Shown here piece after piece: positions 1 to 14,130 of a stretch of 64,000 nt of DNA. A program made the position numbers and the translations under genes. The notes under the pieces were generated by a model. It saw only the letters and a list, made by a program, of their open reading frames with translations. It was not told the DNA's origin and made no database searches. Source of the DNA: Schizochytrium sp. TIO01 (taxonomy: Eukaryota > Protista > Bigyra: Labyrinthulomycetes); contig SMSO01000034.1 in assembly GCA_004764695.1 (NCBI GenBank), positions 2,356,001-2,420,000 of the forward strand. Reading direction: 5' to 3'. Within the stretch, counting starts at the first letter, position 1. Each line of letters opens with the position of its first letter.

Positions 1-3000
1 CCGCCGTCACGTCTATCCCAAACAATCCTCGCAAGTTAAACTCCGGTCCGAACCGAAGCAAACTCGCTCGCTCACTCGCTCGCTTGCTGCGTTTACTTCT
101 AACACCCAAATCCATTGATCTCCTACTACTACTGCTTCAACCCGAACTTCTGCGGCAGCGAAGGCGGTGCACACCCAGGTCGCTAGTCGTGTGCTATTGT
201 TTCGCCTACCTGGTGGCAGCCATTTCGTGGCGTCTTTCTTGGTCACGATGATCTTGCTTCAAGACCAGAACTGACTTTGCAGGCTCAATGGCGGCGACTT
301 CGCTTTTTCGCAGCTGGATGACTGGCTGGCGGGCCGCCCCCGCTGGCAGAAGAGCTGGCTACCTGCCTGGCTGGCTGGCTGGAGGAGTGTGCAGAAAGCA
401 CAGCTTGAGGAGGAGGCGGGCAGAGCTGGCGCCGCTGCACGTGGGCAGGTGCCGGTTCCGGGAAGAAGAGAGGTCCGCCTTTTAAGCTTTGAAAGCTTTC
501 TCTCTCTTTCCTTTCTCTTTTTTCTCTCCTTTCTCTCTCTTCCTGAAACTTCTCCTTTTCTCAAGTCCAAGTTCCTTACGCTGTTCTTTTATTTCTTTCT
601 TTTCTTTTCTTTTCTTTTTTCTTTAAAGCTTTAAAGTTAATTTAAAAAAAAAAACACGTGTTTTAGCCCTTTTCTATGTATTTTATTTTAACTTTTAAAA
701 ACAACTTTCAAATTTTAAAACTAATTAATCTGTATATGGAAAGAACGTTCTCATATTATCAGAACGTGTACTATTACAGTTCCCTCACTGTTCCGCCGCG
801 GCGCCTTAAGAGGAAAAGAATGAGAGGGTTCAGCGGCACTTGAAGAACTTCTTATAGTTTAAGATAGCAGGATTCCTACATAACCTCGTTTTAGGAAATT
901 GCGTTGCGCAGACTCTCCGCTGGAGATAGTACCTAGGTACATTCATAAGAATTGGTTATTCACAGTAGGGGCTCTTCCTTGTTGTTGGGCGTTTTCGAAT
1001 GGAGGGCTCACTTAGGTTGAACTTCAAGTTGGATTTGGAGGACTTGAATCTTTGGGACTACCTTACCTGATAATTGTAGACTGTTTATTTGACTGTTTGG
1101 TTGTTGATTTGCTAGGCATTTCTGTTCATCACAAGTTGGTGGCTCGAATGTACTTTCTCGCCTCTGCCGGGATACTCTGGGTTCTCCAGGTTCTCCAGGT
1201 TCTTCATTCTTATTCATCATGAGGAATATCAGTGAAACCAATGCTACCTTTTAATTTTGAAGTACGAGGTGTCTGCAAAAGGTCTAAGCAGACAATTGAA
1301 TGCTCTCTTTTGTTCTTCTCTTACAAACCCCGCTTGGTGGAGCACGTTGTTCAATTTTTTGTTTAGCTGTCAAAATAACTGCAAAGAGATGCTTATTCTT
1401 CTGCTGGTCGACCTAAGGGAGAAGAAAGAGCCTGTATTAGAGCACCCTCAGGTTTGCAGGATGGTTTTCGATGGTTTTTAGAAAGATAGAAACTAGTCAG
1501 AAATAGCAATCGCTTGGTTCCCATACGCACTAGTCGTTGTAAAGATAAATGCTATCTAAATGCTACAATTCACTATGACGTGTAATATGGTTGATTAATA
1601 GGATCAGGTTACTTGTAGCGAGCTCAGAATTCTTTAGCTCCCGTGTTGTTTGGGGAAACGCATAGCTGCTCTTCTGAACATTGGCTGTAAAATCACATAC
1701 ATCTGTGTAAAGAAGAATGCTCGGAAGGGGTGGATCAAGCTCTATCGGCGAGAGATAGACATGCAACAGCAAAAAAATTAACGAGGAAGTCTGACCTTTC
1801 ATTCTGCCATAGAAAGGTCAGGTTCAAGAAGATGTTCATTATACAATGAGTGCAATTGAAGTTATCAACTCTCATCGATGTGCTTGCTTTCTGACTCAAC
1901 CAATAGCAAGAGCGTTAAACACCGCAAAAGGGACTACCAAAAATAGCCCAAAATGGCATAATAAGAACTGTTTACAAAATGAAAGGTAGAGCAATGCTAC
2001 TGATGAACATTCCAAACCTTCAAGACCACTTGGGGATTTTCTTGATCCTATCGGTTAATGCTATGCAGAAATAAATGACGTGGACTACATTAATCATTTG
2101 CATATGCAAAAATTGCAGTACTCGCAGTGCTGAAAGATGAATTTGGTCAGCTAGAGGTTGACTATGAAGATGAAGGCAAGAGTCTTGACGAAGTTTTAAG
2201 AGGCTGGTTTGAAGAGTTAGCATACTGCTGTCCGTGGGAATTGCATTCCAAGGCAAACTAAATCATGTAGTAATTAGAAGGCTAAGACACTCTCGAACTG
2301 TGTCAGACAAAATTGACGGGGTTAGCTTAATTCATCTCTTCACGCATAAATACAAATTACACCACCACTTGATTCTAGGAAATGTGTAGTCACAACTTTG
2401 GCTTTCGATAATCGCAACCACACAAGCCTGGTTGTCTGGTTCTACTTTATTGCAAGCCCTATATGCATGAGGTCTTTTCAAAGGGATGCTAAGAACTTTA
2501 GCAGTGTCTTATCTACTAGTTCCTCCGATTGGGGTTCGCAACACACACGAGGAATTCGGGCAATAGTTAACTTTTCGAAAGGTATGGGCTTCAACCCGAC
2601 AAAGAGGCTAGCAAACTCACAGCTCTACCCATCTCGTGTTCTCGTGTGTCTATTTGAAAGCCGAACCCAGCACTTGCTGAGGAAATTAATCGGTCTAGAA
2701 TAATAAATGTACTGTTACAAAGTTCACTGTTGCTCGCTATCGACTAATATTTCAACAGAGTAAAATAATTCGACCAGCGGGAATTCTAGGAGAGGTCTTC
2801 TGGATTCTCTACTATTGAGAGTTAGCGTTTAGATGATAAATATTTCCTCGCACATTCTCCTGAGAATCACCAACAACATAACATTGATATATAATTTGAA
2901 TATTTCAACGAAAGCTGATTAGGAATTTTACGATTATAAAATATAAGGGTACAGCATTCTCAATGATATAACACAGGCAACGTTTGCAGCTTCCATTCTA

Positions 3001-6000
3001 TCAAACTCACATTTCTGCGCAGCAAGATATTGTTGTTTCATGCTCAGTTCATCCCTACTGCTGCTATCAAGACAGTCCTGTGCAAGACAATGATGTTTCA
3101 CTGAGGACGGTATAGAAAGCGCGCCGTTTTAAACAATCCTACAACGGAGCTCAAGAAATACATGTTCATTCGTCTCCAGTTCCATCGTATGGATGCTTTA
3201 AATGGCGCGCTTTCTTTTATTTCCTTGCAGAATGAATCTCCCTTTTTATATCATGCCCCCTCTTTATTTCATCCTCCAAGATGTGGCCATGAAAATCAAA
3301 TTTATAGATAAGCTTCTGTCCTCAGTCAGCAGTTTCTCTGTATTTTGCCTTCATAAAGCACCCGAAATCTATGGAAACATGGATTCATCTCTCCACTGGT
3401 GTCATTTTGTTCTTTGTTGGGCCCAAACTCAAGACTCATCCCAGCAATCAACCAAACAAGCAAATTACTTCTGCGCAATACAACACACCAAACAAAGCAG
3501 CCAGATCGCCAAACAAGCATGCAATTTTTATGTACAAACAAATTCATGGCCTGCAGTTAAGATAACTTACTCAGATTGTGTCAGCGACCGGTTCTCTTTC
3601 AGCGCCACAGCCACTACCTTGCGGCCCTCGTTGCCAATCTTGTTGCGATGAAAACTGTTAATTGAATCTTGGTAAACAAAGCATTACAATGGATGCATCC
3701 AGGGAAGTCGTCAATGATATAGGTTGACTTTCAGAATTTCAACTTCGTTTTGTTGTCACTTTGTCTGTTGCTGAACTGATAATCAAGTAGACAATTAATC
3801 AACCAAACCAAGACACGAGAAATCGGGTAAACCTGCACAACAAAACCGAGCAAAACAAAACGCAAGCACGCGAGAACACCATGTCAGATTTCTATATGTT
3901 TGTAGTGCCATGCTGAAGCTTTTCAAGGGCATCAACAGCACGTTCCTGGACAGAGCGATACGGCTGTGTCAATCCAGAGTGTTGCCTTAGCCCAACCAGA
4001 GAATGCACACCTCAGCTAAGCTCGCGGGGGAGTGCCAGTCCTTGCAGAAGGTTTCGAATCTGCTCCAGATGAAGATGCAAGTTTATCGTGGGGTTCCGCA
4101 CGTTTTAACCTACTCAAGCTTTCCCTAAGAAGCAGAAATTAAGGCTTGCTCCTGAAGCAAAAGATATATTTGGGGATCTTTGGTTTCTAGGTACGTTCGA
4201 GAGTTCTCCCAAAATTGAAACGACGCCTGAAATACCGCTGTGAAGTCTGATGATAGATAAGAGCTTTCAAGAAAGCTAAAACGAAGAACAAAAAATGTAA
4301 CTCACTTAATGAGAGCGGCTTAATATATTAAAATAGTAATCGACCCATAGGCAGGTACTTATCGAATAGTCCTGTACACTCTGGTCAAATAATAATAAGA
4401 AGTTCGCCCACAGGTCCTGCAAATGCCCTTCAGAGAATCCCTCTTCGACGCCTAAGGAAGCCATGGCTTCAGACCTTTCCGCGGAGCTTTATGATACAGA
4501 ACCTAATCTCGATCTTGCGAACTCTTCTCTTCTCGAGTGAAGGACCATTTCACTGCTCAGAGGCAACTCCTCCCAATAGTATTTTTATAAAACTCAGATT
4601 CTATAGGATTCAGACCAAAAGAATTCCCCATGCGTTCATTCTCACCTCATGTGCCCGAACGAAATAGGTGAATAGGTGAAATTCACTCATTGATCGTTAC
4701 AATGTGTACCTTCTGTCAGCAACAACGTGAATAAGCAGAAGCAGAAGACGACTGGTTGCAAAGGTGCTAAACCCTCTGTTCTTTTACTGTCTTTAGCTGC
4801 CTTCTCCAGACAGGGTGTCAACGAATCATTGTCGAGCACAGGTACCTCAAAGCGAACTTCCGTCAGAATCTAAGAATGAAGGAGAACTGAGGAAGGCATA
4901 GCAAGGACTTAATAGACCATAGGCATCTCGAGCCTTCTTCATAAATAGGTGTTTCCCGTTCTTTCTTCTGTTCTTTATGTTCATTTCTCCCTTTTCCTTT
5001 CAACTAATAAAAACTTTTCAAATTAAAAATACATTTATTATTACGACTGTTATCTCTTTCTTGTATAATAACAATTATAGTACTAAATAGTTTCACGATT
5101 GAAGTCTCTTCAGATGCGTCTTTTGACACAACTATACTACTCACTGTGTACCTAGATAGAAAGCTACCTTCCTCAAGTTATCTGTCCATTCTTACGTTTC
5201 GACGGTGGGATTTTTTGGTTTTCCGATTCTCCTCGACAGTCAGTCCTGGTGCTAAGAGTTTGTACTCCCTCAATAGCATCCGCTCCTCTCATGAAAAAAC
5301 AAAACTAAACAAAAGAACTCTAACGTTAAGCAGCTGTTCTACTTCTACTTTTTAAAAACATGTTATTTTAATTTTATATATTATATTTTGATCAGCTTTG
5401 AAAAGAAACTAACAGTTTGGACTAAGTAATCCTTAGTATATAACATAGTAGTATTTGTTTATCTATACGATTTTAAAAAAAAATGTTCATGACCATTTAT
5501 TTCTTTTACATTAAAAATAACCCACTTCCAGCGTTAATAACTAAGTAAAACTAGTTAAAACTTCACTTGCGCAAACAGTAAAATGAACGAATCACAACAC
5601 CAAATCACAATACATTTATTTACCCATCCATAACAGTAACATACTGCCTACCTAGAAGCAGCGGGAAGGGAAGCCTCTCGCGCAATCTCGCACCCGCTTC
5701 CCCAGTCGGTCCTCAGCCTTTGCCAATTGAGGGCCTTCTCTTCGGCAGCGCTGCGCCGTCAATCTGCTTTCAGAGCAGAGCTTTCCATGTCCTTTCCCGT
5801 CTTCTCCGCTTTTTTAAGGCCCAATCATAGAACGGGAAAAGGACTTTCAACTGAAGACAGAAGAACGAAGAAAGAAACAAAGAACGAACGAACGCAACAA
5901 CAGAGAAATCAAACGAACAGACTCTCTCTCTCTCTGCACATAGGAACAACGCGGCAAGAACACTAGCTACTGTGGGCTGTGGGAAGAATCATAGTAGTAA

Positions 6001-6497
6001 AACTTATTAAGGGACTACTAAGTCGCGCAGCGTATGGGAACCCGCAGAAAACGGAAGGGAACCCGCAAGACTGAAGGCGGCTGTCAAAGACGACTGCCGC
6101 GGAAACGCCGCGACTGAGTTCTCGAGCGAGAGCTTCTCGGACGAACTGAGGTTATGTATATAAAGCTTGGGGAAAGGCGCAGGCATTGCGGATGGAGAGG
6201 ATTGGCTGGTGGGTATTATGAAATTGGTGGAGTTGCCGGTCTAGGCAAGGTCTTGGGCGAAGGAGTGATGTACGCTCAGGAGATTGTCAAGATTTTGGAC
6301 TACTGCAAATTCAATTGATATGAAAACGGGATTTTCATATTGGTGGTCAGTAATGCAACATGTGGGCACCTACCTATACGTGAGCTGTGGCGGCAGTTGG
6401 TTTAACCAAATAACTCGTTGAAGAAGATAATTATCAAGAAGAAAATGGATAGTAAATAAGAAAAATTTAGTGGAGGTCTATATTTGATATGAGTTGT

Positions 6498-9400
6498 TTA
6501 CCTGCCTTCACGGCGCTTGTGCATCGAGATCTTGCGCTTCTTAGCATCACGGTTAGACTTAGTCTTGATCTGCCGCTTGCGCTGGTACTCGACAGGATCA
6601 TTGACACGTTCAGTCATGCGAGCAGTCTTGCGCTCAAGACGAGCCTTGCTGATGCTCTCCTGTACCGTAGTGTAGGCGCGCAAGTAAATCTGGCTACCCA
6701 CGAGCTGCTCAAGCAGCTCGAGGACGTCCTTGGCCAAAGCTGGTGCTTCAAAGTTGGAGCCATGGATCTTGGGCTGATCTTCCACACGAGCCAAAGGCTG
6801 TACCATCGTAACCAAGTACGGCTCCACCTTAGCGCCAAGCTGAGTAGCAGCCAGAGCAAACAAACGGAATGCCACAAGCTGTCGCAAATCAGCAAGCTTG
6901 TGATCATCCTTGCCACCCTTGTAGCGAGCAGTGAAGGAAAGACGACGAATAATCCACTCAAGCTGCTCGGCATATCCTTCTGCATCCGAGGTAAAGATTG
7001 AGATGGCCCACACAAGGTTTTTGGTGAGTTGGTCTGAAGTCTGCTCGTCCAGACTGTCGTCGTTCACCAAACGCACCTGAGCCTGCGCCATTGTAAAAAC
7101 CTCCTGCGCTTCAAAGCTGTCAGGCTTGCTAGCGTCAAGGACCTGACCCAGCATGCGCAATCCAGCAAGCTTGACCCAGCGGTGCGGATGGTTATCGTAG
7201 AAGGCAGAAAGGGTGCCGTCATCATACAATTTACGAGCTGCCTCCACGCCCAAGCCACGGATATTAAAGCACAACTTATGAAGTGACAAAAGCGCATAGT
7301 AAGGAGTAAGCCAGTGCTCGCTATCATCTTCTGCAGCGTCAGCAAATGCCTCTTGCCAGCCCTTAGACTCAGAAGAAGAACGCTCCTGCGATAGAATATC
7401 CACGAGAAGGTCGTAGTAAACACGAGCATCCTTTACCTTCATGCTCTTGCCAACACTGCTCTCAGCAACCAAACCAACCAATTGGATGGCAGCACGTTTG
7501 AGAAGCATCTCACCCTCATCATCAGACTGCTTGAGCCAGGTCAAAACAAGGTCAAGCAGAGTCGAAACGGATTTTGCAGAGATCTCAGTAAACAAACGTT
7601 TGATCACATCCGCAACAAGGGCGCGGCACTCGCCAGAATCTTCGTTGACAAGGCGCTGAACAAGAGAGAAGAACAAAAAGGAAGCAACCTCGTCCAGCAC
7701 TTCCGTGGGAAATTTGTCCAGGATCGCACGCAACATCATCAGGCCAGACTGACGACCTGACTCTACCTCAAAATCAAGGTTTGCAACCAGAAGATCCAGA
7801 TGCTGGCGCAGGCGCTTTGTTGTAAGAGGGTAGTGGACAAAGAATGTTACCAGAATACGCGTACAAAGCGTACGAACCTGGGTGTTGCCTGCCACAAAGA
7901 CCATCTCAGACAAAGTTTTCATCAAATCGTATACTTCAGGAACAACCAACTCACGGTCCACAATCGTGCGCAGCAATGCAAGTGTAGTATGTTGGCGTGG
8001 GAGAATGCTCATGTTGTGTTGTGCAAGCAGAACCAAGAGCTTGAGATGGTCCTTTGACAACTCGTAATAGTCACACTGACGCAGCACCAAGGTCATCATG
8101 CGGATACTCTCAAGAGTCGCATCAGAGGCTGTAGAGCTTGCATGGCCACCAACTGACTGTGCACTACCACCACCTTGGGCGTTGGTGGAGAAGCCAATAC
8201 GTTGCAAGAGAGTCAGAACGTTCTCCGTGATTTCCCCAATATGTTCGCGCATACTTGGCAACTCCCATGGCAAACACTGCGAAAGCACACGCAAGGATAG
8301 AACCGTCGTACGGGAAGCAGCTGCAGCAGTACTAAGTTCTGTTAGCTGGTCAACGAAAGGATCCAACATGCTCTGGTGCTCCGCGTTGTCCTGTTCGAGG
8401 CGCTTCACACGGAATGCACCGAGGAGCAAATCCAGAGCATGGTCAACAACAATATGACGATTGGCCTTCTTGGTTGCAGTCATCTTGCGGCTACGAACAA
8501 CATCAAAACGATCGCGACCTGTCAACTTCGGTGCTTCCTCCACAATATGAATGCCCTCGTAAGCCTTTGTGCGCAAAAGAGACTTTCGTTGCGCACTTCG
8601 GCTTTCATTCACCAACCAGGACGAAAGGTTTACCTTGCGCTTGATGTTATCATCCTCTTCCTCCATGTCCTCCGAAGTGTTTGCCTTCTCTCCAAGAGTC
8701 CGCAATGACTTTTTGCCTTGAAGAGATAACAAGTGATGCACATAAACCAACAACTGGTTCACCTGAACACTCTCGTTACGGGAAATGCCCACTTGCACAC
8801 GACGTAGACCTTCCTCGACTGCACGGAGTTCTTTAAGGTCTGTACTTATATCAATGCGTTGCAGGAATGGACGCAACAAGATATGAATAGATTCAGCAGG
8901 AAGAAACTCAATGTATCGTGCAGTGAGTTCCACAGTATCAAACGACTTGTTGGTACGAGATTCCATGAGCTTCTTCACACGAGACTTGTACTCAGTATCA
9001 GAACGTTTCTGAAGAGACAGAGATCCAAACATTTCCTCCTCAATGACTGAGACAATTTTGGGCAAAAGCTCATCGATATTTCCGCGGAGCATGGACTCAA
9101 CACCAGTAAGAAGTGCATTAAGGCTGTAGCCACGAATATGCAGCTTGTATCCTTCATTGAGCGTGTCGGTCATCGTTGTGATGATGTTTGACAAGTGGCT
9201 TGGGCCAAGCTCCAGAGCAACAGCAACGAGGGTGTTGCGCGATTCGTTACGGGCATCCAAGTTGATACTACGCATAACTTCGCAGATCTTGCGGAGCAGG
9301 CGCGGAAGATTCAAGGCCATGGCCTCTTCCGGCAAACGATGCAAGACCTTTACAATGGCAATAGCAACGTAGATTCGCACATTGTTGTCATTGCCAAGAT

Positions 9401-12400
9401 GACGCTCCAACGAACGAAGTACCTGAGACTGCATGACACTACGAACTGCAACGTCATTCAACGCGTCAAAATGGAAGACATCAATAATTGAGCACGAAGC
9501 GCGAAGCAAGCGCTTTTCGTTTGCTTGGTTCATGCGAATGAGGCCAAGCAAGTTGCGGAGAAGTGCACTGTAGTAAGTCCATGACAAGTGCCGAGCCATC
9601 TCCTGCAACATCTCAACATCCTCACCATGCATGGTATCGTACTTCGTCTGAGAACTTTCCAATACAATGTGCATGGTCAGTGGAAGGATGATATCGATCA
9701 TACTCTCATCGGAAAGCTTAATCTCTCCTGCTGACATCTTCAACCGAAGGGATTTCAAGGCTTCACCCTGACGGTGTGTCTGCACGTGTACAATGCTGTG
9801 AAAAAAGTCATTCTCGAGATCGTCCGGATTCATCAGCGCTCGCATCTCTTCATAGCGATCGAGGTTTTCAACATTACGAATAGCGTAACCGAGAACTTGC
9901 ATCACAGATTTGCGAGCAAGAGCATTGGTAAGCTTCAAACTTGCCCGGAGCGAAGGGAAGACGATAGATTTGAGAATGTGTTGATTTTGGCTGTGAACCA
10001 CAACCTTGGTCAGGTAGTTTGCAGCAGCACTACGCAGAGGATATTCGTCCTCAATGAGATCAAACAACGCATGGTGAACCACTGCAGGGTGAATAATATA
10101 ATTCTTCTCAAGACTTTCATATGCAGTCAAACGCTGGTCAAAATCTTGCAAGCCTACGCGCCTGCGATCAAAGGCGTTGAGACCCAGCAACTCTTCAGGT
10201 ACTTCCAAGCTTGAGTAAACATTGACAAGCTCACGGCGGGTTTCAATATCGTAAAGGGGGTCGATACGAAGCACACCAAAGAGCGGTGCAAGCTTTTCGG
10301 CATGAGTTTTAGATGGAACCACCTTCATAAGACTAGCAATCGTAGCAAGCAGCGAAGCACGCCTGTCCTGGCCTACCTCTTCGCGAGGACGCACACGGCC
10401 AATTAGCATGGAAACATTTAGCTCACCCTGCTCGGAGTTAAAATCGGCATAAGACATGCTAGTACGCGACGCATTCGCAAAGAACAAAAAGTTGGACAAT
10501 AGCTCAACGAGGCGAGAACACTGATCCTTGTGCGTGGTTTTCACAAGCGGAGCCACTTCAGTTAAGATCTTAAGGGCGCGGCTTGACAAAAAGCGGCGCT
10601 CCAAACGAAGGTACAAAACATCCAAAATCAAAGGGATGTGCTCATCTATGAGGTCAGTCAAACCTACAAACTTATCCAAGATATCATATACAACATTGGA
10701 CACGTTGAAACTCGGAAGACGGTTATCCTTGACACCTTCACCGAGACAGCGAATAACCTGAGGAACAATCTGTGGAGATGCCTTGCGAACAGCCCATTCT
10801 AGATGTGTGGGACTGCTGGAAATGGCATATACCATTGCCAATGTGTTTGGAATATCATGTGCATTAATCATAGTTTCAGGCAAGGTCTCAAAGGCCGGGG
10901 CAAGATACTTGGAGAAGCTCGGAATCCAGTGCTCTCCAAGAGGCTCATCTGGAAAGTCTCTGAAAATCTGAGTCAGACGCTTGAGAGCCTCTAAGCGCAA
11001 CGGTTTAATGCGGGGGTCCTCCAGAGGTCCAAGACCATATTTGATAAGCCCAAACAATACACAAAGAATACGATCAAAGAATGGCACACAGAGATGGCCG
11101 AGCTGACGGAGCACCTGTTTCAAAGTGTTGACGAAGCCAGAAAGTCGCTCAACTGCCACATCAGTCAAGTGCAATGTTTCCATGGCGGCCTCGGGATCTT
11201 CAGCAATACCCTTCTTAGGAAGAAATGGGAACACACGAAAAAGAATGTCAAAGAGCGGCTCAATCTCTTTCTTTTCGTCTACGCCAGTGAAAAAGCTGAA
11301 AATAGCAGCGCGTCGGTTGTTCATATTGATGCTGCGCTTACGAATTAGCAAACGTGCAAAAAGCAAGCGGTAGAGAATCGGAAGGAGTTCAGGGCGTTGC
11401 GCGGGGTCGATATCTGTAATCTTGAAGATTGTGATCGTATCACGGAAGGTGTCCTCCTTGATGAGTTTCTCCAAAGTTTCCTGGTGCCCATGTAGGCAAG
11501 GTAAACGCATGTGCTTGAGACCCTCAAGACAAAGTTGTTGCACCTTGGTTTCTGTCTTGAGCAAGAATCGCTCAAAGATGATACGCATAACTTCAGTTCG
11601 TGCATGAGGACGGAACTTTCTAAAGGATGACAATACCTCGAGCCAGGAAACTAGCTTTGTGGATGACACCTTTCGCGAGGAATTGGTTGCAACTTCGGGC
11701 GGCGGAGTTCTCAGAGCAGCAAGGAAGTCGTTCTCTGCCTCGTTTGCATTAGGCTGATCAAGATCGTCACGACCTGGCGCAGTGTAATACTCATCACGAA
11801 GAAAACGGAAGAAGAGGGGGACAAGAGTCTCAGCATGAGATTCCACCTTGGGTGCAATTGGAATCATTGCTTGCAGGGTGGACTGGAAAAACCTGCATAG
11901 TTGTCGTCGTACCAAAGTTTTTGGTGGGGTCGTCATCCTTCTCGAATTCCAAGTCTGCGTCCGTGCGCACCAGATACTGAATGTGCTTCCAGAACAGAGG
12001 CCAGCAGATTTCGTGAAAACGCTCAGCATCCTCTGCAAATGATGTCATCGCCTTAGTCACCCACTTCCAGCAGGGGCTGTACTTTACGAAGAACTGACCA
12101 AGGTAGAACGCAGAGATAGGGGCGTAAAGGTTCTCAGGTACACGACCCAACCGAACATAGCGCTCGAGATCAAGAACGTCCTGTTGACGATAGCGGTCGT
12201 TTTCAAAGGTGACCGGAAGCTCTTCCATGTGAGCCATCTTATCGAGAACATCACAGCGTCCAAGGTCAAGATCTGGCTGGTCATCTTCCTTTGATACAAA
12301 ATCTTGGGGCGGGCTCAAGTCACGGAGAAGCTTCGCAGCACCAAGGCGGATACGGTGAGATGGGTGCATGAGGTTTTCAATGAGTTGATTGCGATGCTTC

Positions 12401-14130
12401 TTCAAAACACTTTCCTTTTGCTCCTCGGGCAGCTCAAGCTCTTCAAGCTCAACAAGGTTCGCCAAGGTCAGCAGTGATGCTGGCTCGAGAATGATGTGTT
12501 CAAGCTTGTCAAGAAGCACTGACAAAAGCTCCCGGCGTGGTCCTTGGTTTCGTGACCAGTCAGCAGTAGATGAAAGAATGTCGATGGCAAAGTTGCGCAT
12601 GTCAGACTTTTCATTGGCGGTTTCCGGGTCAATCGATATAACAAACTTTACAAGTTGTTTCACGATTGCGTTGTTTGCTTTACCAGGCGCCGCAAGCTGT
12701 GTAGTGGTCATGGCAGCATGGTCTTCTAGGTTTTCGAGGCAATAGTTGATAATTCCATTGGGAGTAAGCTTGAGCCAATTACGTTCAGGTTTCGCGACCA
12801 TGGCGGTAGTCTGCACGATAACATCTTTTTCTTCAATGGCTTCAAAACGGTTGTCGAGATCGCGCACCAATCTTTCCAAAGAGGGTTCTGCATCCCTGAA
12901 TTTACGAGCACTGTCTACAAGACGAATCAAGTCTTGCACCTGCGCATATTGAAGCAAGATACGCTGTAGCATGGTCGGCGGGGAGAGCTCTTCGCCGATG
13001 GCAAAGTGCAACTTAAGCATTTCGTCCAAAGCATCAACTCGGTGGATATCCCCCTTTTTATCCCAGTGAGGTTTGCCTTCCTTGGACTCCAAAAATGCAA
13101 GAATCTCTGCAGCTACCGCATGGTTAGCACAACGGTAGTGCTTATAACGCAATGCAAAGTTGACAAGACGAGCATATTGCGCCGTGTTAGCAGGGGAGTT
13201 GACCTTGGAAGACACTTCTTTCAGAGCAGTCCAAATGGGCTCCGCAGTGTCCTTCTCTGTGTAATAAAAAGCCAATTCAAGGAATCGCTGCGTAACTGCA
13301 GCTCGTTGCTCAAGTACCTCGTCGTTGTCCGTGGTGAACAAAGTTTTGAAGAATGCCTTGAGAACTTCAGGGGCGCGAGAATGAAGTTTACGTTGCACGT
13401 TGCGAACAGTAGAAAAGAGAAGTTGAGCAGCACCATCCACAATCTCTTCTTGCTGTCTAGAGTCTCGTTGCGGAGCGTCAGAGCCGGCAGCAAAACGGCA
13501 GACGATAAGTTTGATTTGTTTGGGGAGAACCTTGGGCGAGCAGCGACGCACAACTGGCGCAAATGAGTCTGCTGCAAACTTGCGTACAAAGTCGCGACGG
13601 TGACCAACTAAGTTAACCATACGATCGCGCACGGTTTCCAGATTAAGATCCAGCTCTGTGAGAATACCACCGAGCGTGCGGAATGCTTCCGCACATAATG
13701 TAAGGTCAGTGTCAACTACCTGTGCAGTCACCATGTCGAAAACCTGGTTCAGGTACGGCATGAGCTCTCCGCGAACATCTTTTGCGAGCACTGGGATAAT
13801 TCTCAACAAAGTAAGCTTGGTTTCGCCTGTGTCCTCTGCCATAAGCTTGTCCTCAATTGCAACGAGGAGTTTGGGAAGATTGTGGAGAATGAGCGGAAGA
13901 CTGTGAACGTAAGGTTCAACTTCGCGCCAGAACTCTGTGAAAGGTGCCGTCAGGTCAGTTCCACATGCGGTCTCAAGCGCCTCAAGCGTCCAGCTTGACG
14001 AGGATCCATCAAGCTCAAGTTCATGCTCGCTAAGGAGCTTTCGTGCGACGCTCACATCGGTTGCTGCGACGCGGTCCTTGAGCTTTCTAAACTTGTGGCG
14101 TCTTGCGTAGTCCGCCTCAGATTGCGGCAT
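6498..14130 (-). CDS. UTP20: U3 snoRNP/SSU processome component UTP20 (DRIM), ~2540 aa HEAT-repeat protein, split by a +1 frame break near 11887-11891
   Basis: Overlapping ORFs 14130-11830 and 12038-6498 read as one protein. N-terminus HKFRKLKDRV...SLPLILHN; PLFFRFLRDEYY; ENDFFHSIVHVQTHRQGEAL; GYKLHIRGYSL; NLDFEVESGRQS; basic C-terminal tail KRKISMHKRREGR. Removing one T from CAG GTT TTT CCA G joins the frames (..TTMQVFQSTLQAM..). Confidence 0.93.

Noticed and set aside
4030-4070. GTTTCGAATC T-loop-like motif
   Set aside because: No cloverleaf stems or A-box, so not a tRNA
11883-11892. 10-nt GT..AG micro-intron that would fix the UTP20 frame
   Set aside because: Shorter than any spliceosomal intron I know of
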